A DNA stretch of 64,000 nt from an uncultured Gammaproteobacteria bacterium (GCA_963802205.1 CAWDHW010000017.1:803-64802), one strand, 5' to 3'; shown: positions 8,945 through 17,925, counted from the first letter of the stretch. The notes: generated by a model not told the origin, from the sequence alone. Numbers and translations are program-made.

Positions 8945-9160
8945 ATGTTGCAGAGTTTGCTGGTTTCCGGTCAGTACCTGTCAGCCAACCGGACATTGTT
9001 AACCTTCCAGACCGAGGCCGGCCGGCTGGTGGTCCTGAACAACGGCATCGAGTTTGCCGCCACCTATTTTGTGATGCTCCTGGCCCTGTTCTTCCTTGGC
9101 GGGGGGCGTTATTTCAGCGCAGATTTCTGGATTGCCCGTCGCTGGCGGAGCCACGCCTGA
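8945..9160 (+). pseudogene. DoxX-family membrane protein, C-terminal fragment only
   Basis: The 71-aa ORF ends NNGIEFAATYFVMLLALFFLGGGRYFSADFWIARR, like the last TM helix of DoxX. Only ~250 nt separate the neighbouring genes, so the N-terminal two-thirds are missing. GC is locally lower at 8911-9010. Confidence 0.45.
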
Positions 9161-9300
9161 GACGCCGCGACCCAGCCTGCTCTACACTCAGAATCGACCG
9201 GGGTCAGACCCCGGCCGCAACCGGCGCCTCGGGGTCCCCCAGTGCGCCACCCGATGTCACACCGCTCCGATCGGGGCGGATGAACCTGAGGAAGGGCAAT

Positions 9301-9735
9301 ATGATGACGACCTGGGTCCTTGTCGCCGACACCTACCGCGCACGCCTGTTTGGCGCCGAGCGACCGGCAAGCCCCCTGACGGAGCTGCGTGACCTTGCCT
9401 CGCCGGAGGCTCGCCTCCATGAGGGAGACCTGGTGACCGACAAGGGCGGACGCGACCGCAACCCCAAGGGTGGCGGGCATGGCCTCGGTGACGACGGCGG
9501 CCATAGGCACGAAGTCGCCGAGCGCTTCGCCCAACAGATCTGCGACTTGCTCGAAACCGCACGCATCGCGGGTCAACTCTCCAAGCTCTATGTGATCGCC
9601 GCGCCGGCCTTCCTCGGCATGCTGCGGCGGCACCAGTCACAAGCCCTCAAGCAGCTGGTAGTCGGTGAGATCGACAAGTCCCTTGCCGGGCAGGAGCCGG
9701 CAAGCATCCGCAAGCATCTACCCGCCTACTTGTAA
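9301..9735 (+). CDS. Host-attachment-protein family protein
   Basis: ATG 9301 inside ORF 8938..9735. MMTTWVLVADTYRARLF...SPEARLHEGDLVTDKGGR...RFAQQICDLLETARIAGQLSKLYVIAAPAFLGMLR...IDKSLAG fits the Host_attach family pattern. Confidence 0.7.
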   Translation: MMTTWVLVADTYRARLFGAERPASPLTELRDLASPEARLHEGDLVTDKGGRDRNPKGGGHGLGDDGGHRHEVAERFAQQICDLLETARIAGQLSKLYVIAAPAFLGMLRRHQSQALKQLVVGEIDKSLAGQEPASIRKHLPAYL

Positions 9736-9742
9736 GGCGATC

Positions 9743-9764
9743 CGGGGCCGCCGCGGCGGCCCCG
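9743..9764 (+). terminator. GC-rich hairpin after the host-attachment gene
   Basis: cggggccgcc-gc-ggcggccccg is a perfect inverted repeat 8 nt after the stop. It is followed by tctcta but no real T-tract. It lies between convergent genes. Confidence 0.3.
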
Positions 9765-9879
9765 TCTCTATCGCATCTCGCCGTCTCTCGTCCGCCATCC
9801 CGTGCCAGGGCCGCGAAGGCCATGCAGGGATCTGGAACGCTTTCCCCTTCCCGGTCGGCAGCCGCCGATTTGGGGCAGG

Positions 9880-10365
9880 TCAGTACACACCGTGGTGGCG
9901 GGTTACATATTTGTGGAGTTCCACGTACTGGGCGTTCATGCGCCGCAGGATGTCGTGGGTCGCCAGCACGATGTTGCGCATCACCTGATAGACCATGCGG
10001 GACTCCTGCTCCAGCAGGGTCTCAAAGCGGTCTCTCTGGAAACTGCACACCTGGGTCTGACCCAGGGAGCGCAGGGTCGCGGAGTGGGGCCGGCCAGTGA
10101 CGAAGCCCAACTCGCCGGCCATGTCGCCGGTCTTGAGGACATGGATGGTGGTGTAGTCGCCATTGCCAAGGTCGCGGGTCACCGCCAGGGCGCCCTCGGT
10201 GACGATGTGGAGGCTGTTGTCGGTGGCGCCTTCCTCGATCAGGACCTCCTGATCCTTGAGACGGCGGCAGGAGGTGACCGCGGTAAGCGCCCGCAATTGG
10301 TCGTCAGTGAGGCCATCGCTCAGTGGGGATTGGCGCAGGGAGATGAACTCATCGATGTCGCTCAT
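9880..10365 (-). CDS. Cyclic-nucleotide-binding domain protein
   Basis: 161 aa with the cNMP-binding signature GDMAGELGFVTGRPHSATLRS (G-E-L...R-S/T-A) within a single CAP-effector-type domain. Confidence 0.85.
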   Translation of the reverse strand: MSDIDEFISLRQSPLSDGLTDDQLRALTAVTSCRRLKDQEVLIEEGATDNSLHIVTEGALAVTRDLGNGDYTTIHVLKTGDMAGELGFVTGRPHSATLRSLGQTQVCSFQRDRFETLLEQESRMVYQVMRNIVLATHDILRRMNAQYVELHKYVTRHHGVY

Positions 10366-10546
10366 GGTGGTGTCCTATCTTTAGTTTCCAGGTGCAGCTT
10401 AATGTTATACGGCCTCTCCCGGCGATCAAGGGCCAACAGTGGCCGGTCTCGCGTGTCGCCGTTGTAGACCCGTGCGGGTTAGAACGGGTTTCTTGTGGAA
10501 TCGGGTCGCGGGGGCAATCCGCCGGGGTTCTCGATAGAATAGGGCG

Positions 10547-11459
10547 ATGGCCATGTCCCCCGATCTACATACCCACACCGTTGCGTCCGACGGGACCCTC
10601 ACCCCGACGGAGCTGGTCGCACGGGCGTCCGCGGCCGGGATCGAGGTCCTGGCGGTGACCGATCACGACACCGTAGACGGTCTGGCGGAGGCCATCTGTG
10701 GCCGCCGCAGCGGCCGGCATCACCCTGGTCCCGGGGGCCGAACTATCGGTTACCTGGGGCGGGCGCACCATCCACGTTGTCGGACTCCACCTGGACCCGG
10801 GCTGCGCCGAGTTGGGCCTGGGCCTCAAACGGATCATCGCCTTCCGGCACTGGCGCGCGACGGAGATCGGGCGACGCCTGGAGCGCCACGGCATCCCAGA
10901 CACCTACGCCGGGGCCCGCGCCCTGGCCGGTGGCGGCCTGGTGGGGCGGAGCCACTTCGCACGGGTCCTGGTGCGCCGCGGCCTGGCCCAGAGCGAGCGC
11001 GACGTCTTCAAGCACTTTTTGGTGCAGGGTAAGCCTGGTCATGTCCCTGGCGATTGGGCGACCTTGGATGAGGCCCTGGGCTGGATCCGTGCCGCCGGCG
11101 GCCAGGCGGTGATCGCCCACCCGGCCCGCTATGGCCTGAACCGGACCAGGCTGCGCCGGCTCCTCGGGGAGTTCCGCGACTTAGGCGGGGCCGCGCTCGA
11201 GGTGGTCTGCGGGAGTCACAGCAAGGACGACGCCCTGGTCTTTGCCCGCCACGCCCGCGAGATCGGCCTGCTGGCCTCCGCCGGGTCCGACTACCACGGC
11301 CCCGAGTCCCCCTGGCTGGATCTCGGCCGCTTGCCGGCGCTGCCTGACGGTTGTACCCCCGTCTGGGCCGACTGGCCGGGTGCATCGCGTCCACGGGTGG
11401 CCCCGAACCCGATGCCCGGCATTGCACTGTCGCAGGCACGCCTGCCATCGTTGGCTTAA
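10547..11459 (+). pseudogene. PHP-domain phosphoesterase (TrpH/YciV-like), one frameshift near 10695
   Basis: The N-terminus MAMSPDLHTHTVASDGTLTPTELVARASAAGIEVLAVTDHDTVDGLAEA is in ORF 10547..11032. The remainder AAAAAGITLVPGAELSV...IHVVGLH...AHPARY...SGSDYH is in ORF 10698..11459. Length is 1 mod 3. Confidence 0.85.
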
Positions 11460-11475
11460 GGAGACCAAAGGTTCC

Positions 11476-12099
11476 ATGGCGCAGTTCTTTGAGATACACC
11501 CCGCCAACCCGCAGCCCCGCCTGGTGCGCGGGGCGGTGGAGATCCTGCGTAACGGCGGGGTCATCGTCTACCCGACCGATTCCTCCTATGCGTTCGGCTT
11601 CCAGCTCGGGGCCAAGGACGCCATGGAGCGCGTCCGTCGTATCCGTGGCCTCGACGACAAGCACAACTTCACGCTGGTGTGCCGCGACCTCGCCGAGATC
11701 ACGACCTACGCGAAAATCGATAACCAGGCCTTCCGCACCCTCAAGGGTCTGACGCCTGGGCCCTATACCTTTATCTTCGAGGCGACCAAGCAGGTCCCGC
11801 GGCGCATGCTCCACCCCAAGCGCAAGGGCATCGGCATCCGCGTCCCGGACAACGCCATCTGCCGTGCCCTGCTGACCGAGCTGGACGAGCCCATCCTCAG
11901 TGCCACCCTGTTGCTGCCCGGACAGGACCACCCTATGACCGACCCGCAGGCGATGCGTGGCGCCCTCGACCGGCAGGTGGACCTGGTCATCGACGGTGGG
12001 GCTGGCGGTATGGAGCCCAGTACCGTGGTGGACATGACCGCGGAGCCCTACGCCGTGGTGCGGGCGGGGCTCGGGGACCCTTCGCCGTTCGAGTCTTGA
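11476..12099 (+). CDS. yciO: L-threonylcarbamoyladenylate synthase family protein (YciO-type)
   Basis: ATG 11476. IVYPTDSSYAFGFQLG...NFTLVCRDL...PGPYTFIF...KGIGIRVP...STVVDM match Sua5/YciO/YrdC domain motifs. Synteny with the PHP gene is the same as the E. coli yciV-yciO pair. Confidence 0.85.
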   Translation: MAQFFEIHPANPQPRLVRGAVEILRNGGVIVYPTDSSYAFGFQLGAKDAMERVRRIRGLDDKHNFTLVCRDLAEITTYAKIDNQAFRTLKGLTPGPYTFIFEATKQVPRRMLHPKRKGIGIRVPDNAICRALLTELDEPILSATLLLPGQDHPMTDPQAMRGALDRQVDLVIDGGAGGMEPSTVVDMTAEPYAVVRAGLGDPSPFES

Positions 12100-12176
12100 A
12101 GAACAATAGGTCCTATGGGTCCTATAGCATCTATCGGTCCCCCGCACAGCCCAGCACGACCAGAGGAAGACCATCC

Positions 12177-13394
12177 GTGACGACCGTAGCCGCACAACAC
12201 GCCCGCGTCCTCTCCGGCATGCGCCCTACGGGGCGCCTGCACCTGGGGCACTACCACGGGGTGCTCAAGAACTGGCTGGAGCTGCAACACGAGTACGAGT
12301 GCTTTTTCTTCGTCGCCGACTGGCACGCCCTGACCACCCATTACGAAGACCCGAGCCTGATCCCGGAGAGTACCAAGGAGATGGTGGTGGACTGGCTGGC
12401 GGCGGGGATCAACCCGGGCTCGGCGACCCTCTTCGTCCAGTCCCGCGTCCCCGAGCACGCCGAACTGCACCTGCTGCTGTCCATGATCACCCCGTTGGGC
12501 TGGCTGGAGCGGGTGCCGAGCTACAAGGACCAGCAGGAGAAGCTCAAGGAACGGGACCTCGCCACCTACGGCTTCCTCGGCTATCCGCTGCTCCAGAGCG
12601 CCGACATCCTGATCTACAAGGCCGGCATGGTCCCGGTGGGGGAGGACCAGGTCGCCCATGTCGAGATGACCCGGGAGATCGCCCGGCGCTTCAACCACGT
12701 CTACGGGCGTGAGCACGACTTCGCGACCCAGGCCGACCAGGCCGCCCGCAAGATGGGCAAGAAGAACTACAAGCTCTTCGACAAGCTTCGGCGCGCCTAC
12801 CAGGAGCAGGGCGACCACGAGGCCCTGGACGTGGCCCGCGCCCTGGTCGAGAGCCAGGGCAACATCACGATCGGCGACCGCGAGCGCCTGTTCGGCTACA
12901 TCGAGGGCGGCGGGCGCGTCATTCTGCCGGAGCCCCAGGCCCTGCTGACCAAGGCATCCAAGATGCCCGGGCTCGACGGCCAGAAGATGTCCAAGTCCTA
13001 CAACAACACCATTGCCCTGCGCGACGACCCGGCCAAGATCGAAAAGTCCCTGCGCACCATGCCGACCGACCCGGCGCGGGTGCGCCGCACCGACCCGGGC
13101 GAGCCGGAGAAGTGCCCGGTCTGGCAGTTCCACCAGGTCTATTCGGACGACTCGGTGCGCGAGTGGGTGCAGCAGGGGTGCCGTAGCGCCGGGATCGGCT
13201 GCCTCGACTGCAAGCAGCCCATCGTCGACGCGGTCCTGGCGGAGCTGGCCCCCATCCAGGAGCGGGCCCGCGAGTACGAGGCCCAGCCGGAACTGCTGCG
13301 CAATGTCATCAACGACGGCTGCGAGGCGGCCCGCGAGGTCGCCCGCGAGACCATGGACGAGGTCCGCCGCGCCATGTGTCTGGTCCATTCCTGA
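12177..13394 (+). CDS. trpS: Tryptophan--tRNA ligase (long form)
   Basis: GTG 12177 inside ORF 12096..13394. SGMRPTGRLHLGHYHG is the HIGH-type motif, and KMSKSY is the KMSKS motif. Confidence 0.9.
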   Translation: MTTVAAQHARVLSGMRPTGRLHLGHYHGVLKNWLELQHEYECFFFVADWHALTTHYEDPSLIPESTKEMVVDWLAAGINPGSATLFVQSRVPEHAELHLLLSMITPLGWLERVPSYKDQQEKLKERDLATYGFLGYPLLQSADILIYKAGMVPVGEDQVAHVEMTREIARRFNHVYGREHDFATQADQAARKMGKKNYKLFDKLRRAYQEQGDHEALDVARALVESQGNITIGDRERLFGYIEGGGRVILPEPQALLTKASKMPGLDGQKMSKSYNNTIALRDDPAKIEKSLRTMPTDPARVRRTDPGEPEKCPVWQFHQVYSDDSVREWVQQGCRSAGIGCLDCKQPIVDAVLAELAPIQERAREYEAQPELLRNVINDGCEAAREVARETMDEVRRAMCLVHS

Positions 13395-13399
13395 CCCCC

Positions 13400-14396
13400 A
13401 TGGGGGCCCAGGTCGCCAGCCTGAGCTGTACGGAGCCGTCGCCGGCCCAACGCACCCGCTTCGGTAGAATCGGGCCCCCGGCAGGGCGAGATTCCCTTCG
13501 CCGTCGTTCAAGGGTCCCCGCTGCTCAGCCTGCCCCTCGACCTCTACATCCCGCCGGATGCCCTGGAGGTCTTCCTCGACGCCTTCGAGGGTCCGCTCGA
13601 CCTGCTGCTGTATCTGATCAAGCGCCAGAACCTCGACATCCTCGAGATCCCGGTGGCTCAGATCACCGACCAGTACATGGTCTACGTGGACCTGATGAGC
13701 GTGCTTCGCCTGGAACTGGCGGCGGAGTACCTGGTCATGGCCGCCATGCTGGCGGAGATCAAGTCGCGCATGCTCCTGCCGCGCCCGCCCGGGGTCAGCG
13801 AGGATGAGGAAGACCCGCGCGCCGAACTGATTCGCCGACTGCTGGAGTACGAGCGCTTCAAGGGCGCCGCCCAGGACATCGACGCCCTGCCGCGGCTGGA
13901 ACGCGACCACCATGTCACCCAGGTGGCGGTGCCGCCGGGGCACACCCAGCGCGTCCCCCCCGCGGTGGACCTGCGCGAGGTCCTGCTGGCGCTGCGCGAT
14001 GTCCTGGCTCGGGCCGATCTCTTCACCAGCCACAGGGTGGAGCACGAGTCCCTGTCGCTGCGCGAGCGCATGTCGCTGGTGCTGGCGCGCCTGGCCGGCG
14101 GCGAGTTTCTGCTGTTCACCGACCTGTTCCCCTTCAGCGAGGGACGCGCCGGGGTGGTGGTCACCTTTCTCGCCATCCTGGAACTGACACGCAGCGCCTC
14201 CCTGGAACTGGTCCAAGGGGAGCCCTTCTCCCCCATCCATGTTCGACTGCGCCCGACCGAGCACCGCGGCGCCCCCGGGCCCGGGAGCGAGTTCGAGGAC
14301 GGCGAGACGACTGGCTCGCTGAGGGCGGGGAGGGGGCCTGGGAAGACATTCCCAACCCCGGCGCTGCGGGACGACGGCCTGGAGGAATCGCCGATG
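13400..14396 (+). pseudogene. scpA: Segregation and condensation protein A, start and stop both displaced by frame changes
   Basis: The conserved body (PLDLYIPPDALEVFLDAFEGPLDLLLYLIKRQNLDILEIPVAQITDQY...) is in frame 0 but has no ATG/GTG/TTG before GTG 13653. ATG 13400 lies in frame 2, across a C5 run at 13475-13479. Frame 0 has no stop before scpB, while TGA 14395-14397 (ATGA with the scpB start) is in frame 1. Confidence 0.7.
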
Positions 14397-15059
14397 ACCA
14401 CGCCCCCGCTGAAGCTCATCTGCGAGGGCGCCCTGCTCGCCGCCGGCGGGCCCCTGACCCTGGACCAGATCCTTGCCCTGTTCCCGGACGAGGAACGCCC
14501 GTCCCGCGAGGACATCCACGCCGCCATCGTCGCCCTGCGCCAGGACTGCGAGGGCCGTGCCCTGGAGCTGACTGAGGTCGCCGGGGGCTGGCGCCTCCAG
14601 GTCCGCCGCGAGATCGCACCCTGGGTCGGGCGCCTGTGGGACGAGCGCCCCCAGCGCTACTCCCGCGCCCTGCTGGAGACCCTGGCCCTGATTGCCTACC
14701 GCCAGCCCATCACCCGCGGCGAGATCGAGGACATCCGCGGCGTGGCCGTCAACAGCCAGATCGTCAAGACCCTGATGGAGCGCGAGTGGATCCGCGTCGT
14801 CGGCCATCGCGACGTCCCCGGGCGTCCGGCCCTGCTCGCCACCACCCGGCGCTTTCTCGACTACTTCGGTCTGCGCTCCCTGAACGACCTGCCGCCCCTG
14901 GCGGAGATCCGCGACCCCTCCTTTCTGGGCGAGGACGCAGGCGGGGCCGACGCCATCATGGGCGATCTGTTCGCCTCGCTGGCCGTTATCCCGGCCCCAG
15001 ATCCAGATCAGCCCCAGCCCCCCATTCAGCTAAGCCCACCGGAGATCGACCATGACTGA
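14394..15059 (+). CDS. scpB: Segregation and condensation protein B
   Basis: GGAGGA Shine-Dalgarno at 14381-14386, then ATG 14394. MTTPPLKLICEGALLAAGGPLTLDQI...RALLETLALIAYRQPITRGEIEDIRGV...LLATTRRFLDYFGL matches the ScpB winged-helix repeats. It forms part of the continuous ORF 13653..15059. Confidence 0.85.
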   Translation: MTTPPLKLICEGALLAAGGPLTLDQILALFPDEERPSREDIHAAIVALRQDCEGRALELTEVAGGWRLQVRREIAPWVGRLWDERPQRYSRALLETLALIAYRQPITRGEIEDIRGVAVNSQIVKTLMEREWIRVVGHRDVPGRPALLATTRRFLDYFGLRSLNDLPPLAEIRDPSFLGEDAGGADAIMGDLFASLAVIPAPDPDQPQPPIQLSPPEIDHD

Positions 15060-16017
15060 ACGACCCCGCACGCCTCGTCCCCCGAGGTCCAGGGCCGAGG
15101 GGACCCCGGGACCGAGGCGCCGCACGGCGCGGCCCGGCATCCCGGACACCGGGCCAGGGGATAGCCCTAGCGCCATTACCGGCGATCCGGGCGATCAGGT
15201 CCGCCTGCAAAAGGTCCTGGCGGAGGCCGGCATGGGCTCGCGCCGGGAGATCGAGGTCTGGATCGCCGCCGGGCGGGTGCGCGTCAACGGCCAACCCGCC
15301 GAGCTTGGTCAGCGCGTCGGCCCCATGGACCGCATCCGCGTCGATGGCGAGGATGTGCGTCGGCGCCCGGTGCGCGGGGTCGCCCTCCAGGTGATCGCCT
15401 ATAACAAACCCGAGGGGGAGATCGTCACCCGCAAGGACCCCGAGGACCGCCCCACCATCTTTCGCAGACTGCCACGCCCCCGCAACGGGCGCTGGATCAG
15501 TGTCGGGCGCCTGGACATCAACACCTCCGGGCTCATCCTGGTCACCAACGATGGCGAACTGGCCAATCGCCTCATGCACCCCTCCCGCGAGGTCGAGCGC
15601 GAATACGCCGTGCGCGTCCTTGGGCAGGTCCCGGACGAGACCCTGGTGCGCCTCACCCAGGGTGTGGACTTAGACGACGGCCCGGCGCGCTTCGACGCCA
15701 TCACTGCCTCCGGCGGCGAGGGGGCCAATCACTGGTACGACGTGGTCCTGCGCGAGGGTCGCAACCGCGAGGTGCGCCGCCTGTGGGAGGCCGTCGGCGT
15801 GCGCGTCAGCCGGCTGATCCGCACCCGCTACGGCAACGTCACCCTGGGTCCGCGCCTGTTCACCGGAAACTGGCGGCCCCTGACCGAGGAGGAGATCGCC
15901 GGACTGCTCGAACTGGCCGGGATGCCGAAGCCCCAGGCCCCAGGCCGTCGCATCGGTGGCCGGCGGGGCCGCGGGGACGCGGCGCAGGCCCCACGTGGGC
16001 CGCACGCCAAGGGATAG
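15052..16017 (+). CDS. rluB: 23S rRNA pseudouridine synthase RluB
   Basis: S4 domain (RLQKVLAEAGMGSRREIEVWIAAGRVRVNG), the RsuA/RluB catalytic motif GRLDINTSGLILVTNDG, and a basic C-terminal tail. Overlaps the scpB stop. Confidence 0.9.
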   Translation: MTERPRTPRPPRSRAEGTPGPRRRTARPGIPDTGPGDSPSAITGDPGDQVRLQKVLAEAGMGSRREIEVWIAAGRVRVNGQPAELGQRVGPMDRIRVDGEDVRRRPVRGVALQVIAYNKPEGEIVTRKDPEDRPTIFRRLPRPRNGRWISVGRLDINTSGLILVTNDGELANRLMHPSREVEREYAVRVLGQVPDETLVRLTQGVDLDDGPARFDAITASGGEGANHWYDVVLREGRNREVRRLWEAVGVRVSRLIRTRYGNVTLGPRLFTGNWRPLTEEEIAGLLELAGMPKPQAPGRRIGGRRGRGDAAQAPRGPHAKG

Positions 16018-16020
16018 TGG

Positions 16021-16038
16021 GGGCTCGGGGTTGAGCCC
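16021..16038 (+). terminator. Short hairpin after rluB
   Basis: gggctc-ggggtt-gagccc sits 4 nt after the rluB stop. No T-tract follows. Confidence 0.25.
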
Positions 16039-16287
16039 GACCGGAGGATTGGCCTGCTCCGCGCCCCCTCCGTCGGACTGCAAACTCCGACCCGGAGCCC
16101 TCGCGGCACTGGTGGTTCGGTGGGCTCCGCTGTCGCACCTGGCAGGGAACGATGGCGACAGTACCGCCTGGCGCTCGAACGCATCGCCCTGGTGTGTCCG
16201 GGTGTGAAGCGCTTTCCCATCGCATCGGCCGTTGAGGCGGTGCCGCTGCACGACGTTTGGGGCGGCCTGCTTTGATTGGCGCCGTCG

Positions 16288-16302
16288 GTGCTATAACATC
16301 AC
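16288..16302. promoter_or_regulatory. Candidate Zur box upstream of the ZnuA-like gene
   Basis: gtgctATAACATCAC is an imperfect palindrome (5 of 7 arm pairs). It contains a TATAACAT..CAC core resembling the enterobacterial znu operator as I remember it. It lies 53 nt upstream of GTG 16355, and a zur gene is in the same cluster. Confidence 0.35.
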
Positions 16303-16354
16303 ACCCTCGCCGCCCGGCGGCGCCTCCGTTACGCCCTAAAGGTACCGTACCTTC

Positions 16355-17308
16355 GTGGCTCGACCCCTGCCGAGGTCGGCCCCCCAATCCACCCAAGCCC
16401 AGGAGGGCTCCGCCACGAGACACCAGATCGCCGGTATTCTGCTACTCCTGCTCCCACTCTGCGACTCGCCCCTGGCGGGTGCAGCCCAGGGGACCGAGCC
16501 GCTACGGGTCTTTGTCAGCGTCCTGCCCCAGAAGACCTTTGTCGAAAAGGTGGGTGGGGACCGGGTCGTGGTCGAGGCCATGGTCCAGCCGGGGGATAGT
16601 CCCCACACCTATGACCCGACACCGCGCCAGGTAGCCGCCCTGGCCAGGGCGGATCTCTATGTGGCCATCGGTGGGACCTTTGAGGACGCCTGGATGGGGC
16701 GCATCCGGGGGGTCAATCCCAAGATGCAGGTGCTCGATAGCGGGGAAGGGATCGCCCTGAGGCCCATCGAGGCCCATGAGGGTGTGCAGGGGCATGACGC
16801 CGACGGGCACGAACATGGCCCCAGCGACCCCCACCTCTGGACCAGCCCGCTCCTGGTCAAGCAGATGGCCCTGCGAATCCGCGATTCCCTGAGCGGGCTC
16901 GACCCGGCCAACGCCGCCCTCTATGCCACCAACGCCGCTGCCTTCACGGCGGAGTTGGACGCCCTGGATCGGGACATCCGCGCCCGGCTCGCCGGGGTGG
17001 CCGGCAGCCGCTTTATGGTCTACCACCCGGCCTGGGGCTATTTCGCCGATACCTATGGCCTGATCCAGATCCCCATCGAGCACGAGGGTAAAGAGCCCGG
17101 GCCGCGGGCCCTGGCGGCCCTGATAGACCAGGCCCGGCGCGACGGGGTGCGGTTGATCCTCGTCCAACCCCAGTTCTCCCGCAAGGCGGCGGCCCAAGTC
17201 GCGACCGCCATCGGCGGCCGGGTAGAGGTCGTGGACAACCTGGCGGCGGACTATGCGGCGAACCTGCGCCGCGTGGCGGACGCCTTGGCCCAGACGGGTC
17301 GTCCTTGA
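16355..17308 (+). CDS. znuA: Metal (zinc) ABC transporter substrate-binding protein, ZnuA-like
   Basis: Signal-like segment IAGILLLLLPLC. SPHTYDPTP, DPHLWTSP and HPAWGYF are cluster-9 SBP metal-ligand segments. A His/Asp-rich loop (HEGVQGHDADGHEHG) is typical of ZnuA. Confidence 0.85.
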   Translation: MARPLPRSAPQSTQAQEGSATRHQIAGILLLLLPLCDSPLAGAAQGTEPLRVFVSVLPQKTFVEKVGGDRVVVEAMVQPGDSPHTYDPTPRQVAALARADLYVAIGGTFEDAWMGRIRGVNPKMQVLDSGEGIALRPIEAHEGVQGHDADGHEHGPSDPHLWTSPLLVKQMALRIRDSLSGLDPANAALYATNAAAFTAELDALDRDIRARLAGVAGSRFMVYHPAWGYFADTYGLIQIPIEHEGKEPGPRALAALIDQARRDGVRLILVQPQFSRKAAAQVATAIGGRVEVVDNLAADYAANLRRVADALAQTGRP

Positions 17309-17344
17309 GCCGATCCAGTCATCGGAATCCCTGAGGAACCCACG

Positions 17345-17902
17345 ATGCGCCACAACGAATATTCGGCCCCAACGGTCCGGCCTTGGGTATTGGCCCTGGC
17401 CCTGGTTCTGCCGATCGCCTGTGCCGGGGAGGCCGAGCACCGCTCCCACGGGGCCCATGCCCACGGCCTGGCGAGGCTCGACCTGGCGGTAGAGGGGGGG
17501 CTGGTTCTGATCGGGCTTGAGAGCCCGGCGGCCAACATCGTCGGCTTCGAGCATGCACCGGCGAACCTGGAGGAGCGCGCCACCCTGGAAGGTGCCATCG
17601 CCAGCCTCAAGGACGGAGCACGGCTGTTCCGCTTGCCGCCGGGGGCCATGTGCCACCTCGTCGAGGCAGTGGTAGAGACGCCCTTGACCGGCCAGGCAGA
17701 GGGGGAGGCGGGCGCTGAGGCCCATGCCGACATCGACGCCGAGTACCGTTTCGAGTGCGCCGAGCCGGACCGGCTGGTCCACATAGAATTGGGGCTGTTT
17801 GAGGTATTCCCGGCCACTCTGAGCCTGCAAGTCCAGTTCGTCGGGCCCAAGGGCCAGGGCGCCGCGGAGTTGACGGCGGCGAGCCCGGTGTTGCGGTTCT
17901 GA
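17345..17902 (+). CDS. DUF2796-domain periplasmic protein (ZrgA-like zinc-binding protein)
   Basis: Signal peptide followed by EHRSHGAHAHGLARLDLAVEG...GFEHAP...AHADIDAEYRFEC, matching the DUF2796 pattern. The ZrgA assignment rests on the Vibrio zrgABCDE operon. Confidence 0.75.
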   Translation: MRHNEYSAPTVRPWVLALALVLPIACAGEAEHRSHGAHAHGLARLDLAVEGGLVLIGLESPAANIVGFEHAPANLEERATLEGAIASLKDGARLFRLPPGAMCHLVEAVVETPLTGQAEGEAGAEAHADIDAEYRFECAEPDRLVHIELGLFEVFPATLSLQVQFVGPKGQGAAELTAASPVLRF

Positions 17903-17925
17903 CAGCACACAATCAGGCGGCGCGC

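Noticed and set aside
12100-12176. Short GGTCC-containing repeats (acaataggtcctatgggtcctatag) before trpS, with a similar acaataggtcc at 20474-20484 before the DUF3299 gene.
   Set aside because: There are only two loci, and the shared core is about 11 nt. I know of no regulator that uses it, so it could be chance.
12048-14807. Very long antisense ORFs: 12048..14807 (919 aa), 16502..18064, 25766..27427, 39590..41254, 42364..44136, 48749..50230 and 52338..54302.
   Set aside because: Each lies opposite a gene with clear family motifs (trpS/scpAB, znuA, glgA, mrcB, the helicase, norB, nirS). Their products are low-complexity and rich in Gly, Arg, Pro and Ala, as expected from stop-codon-poor shadow frames in high-GC DNA.
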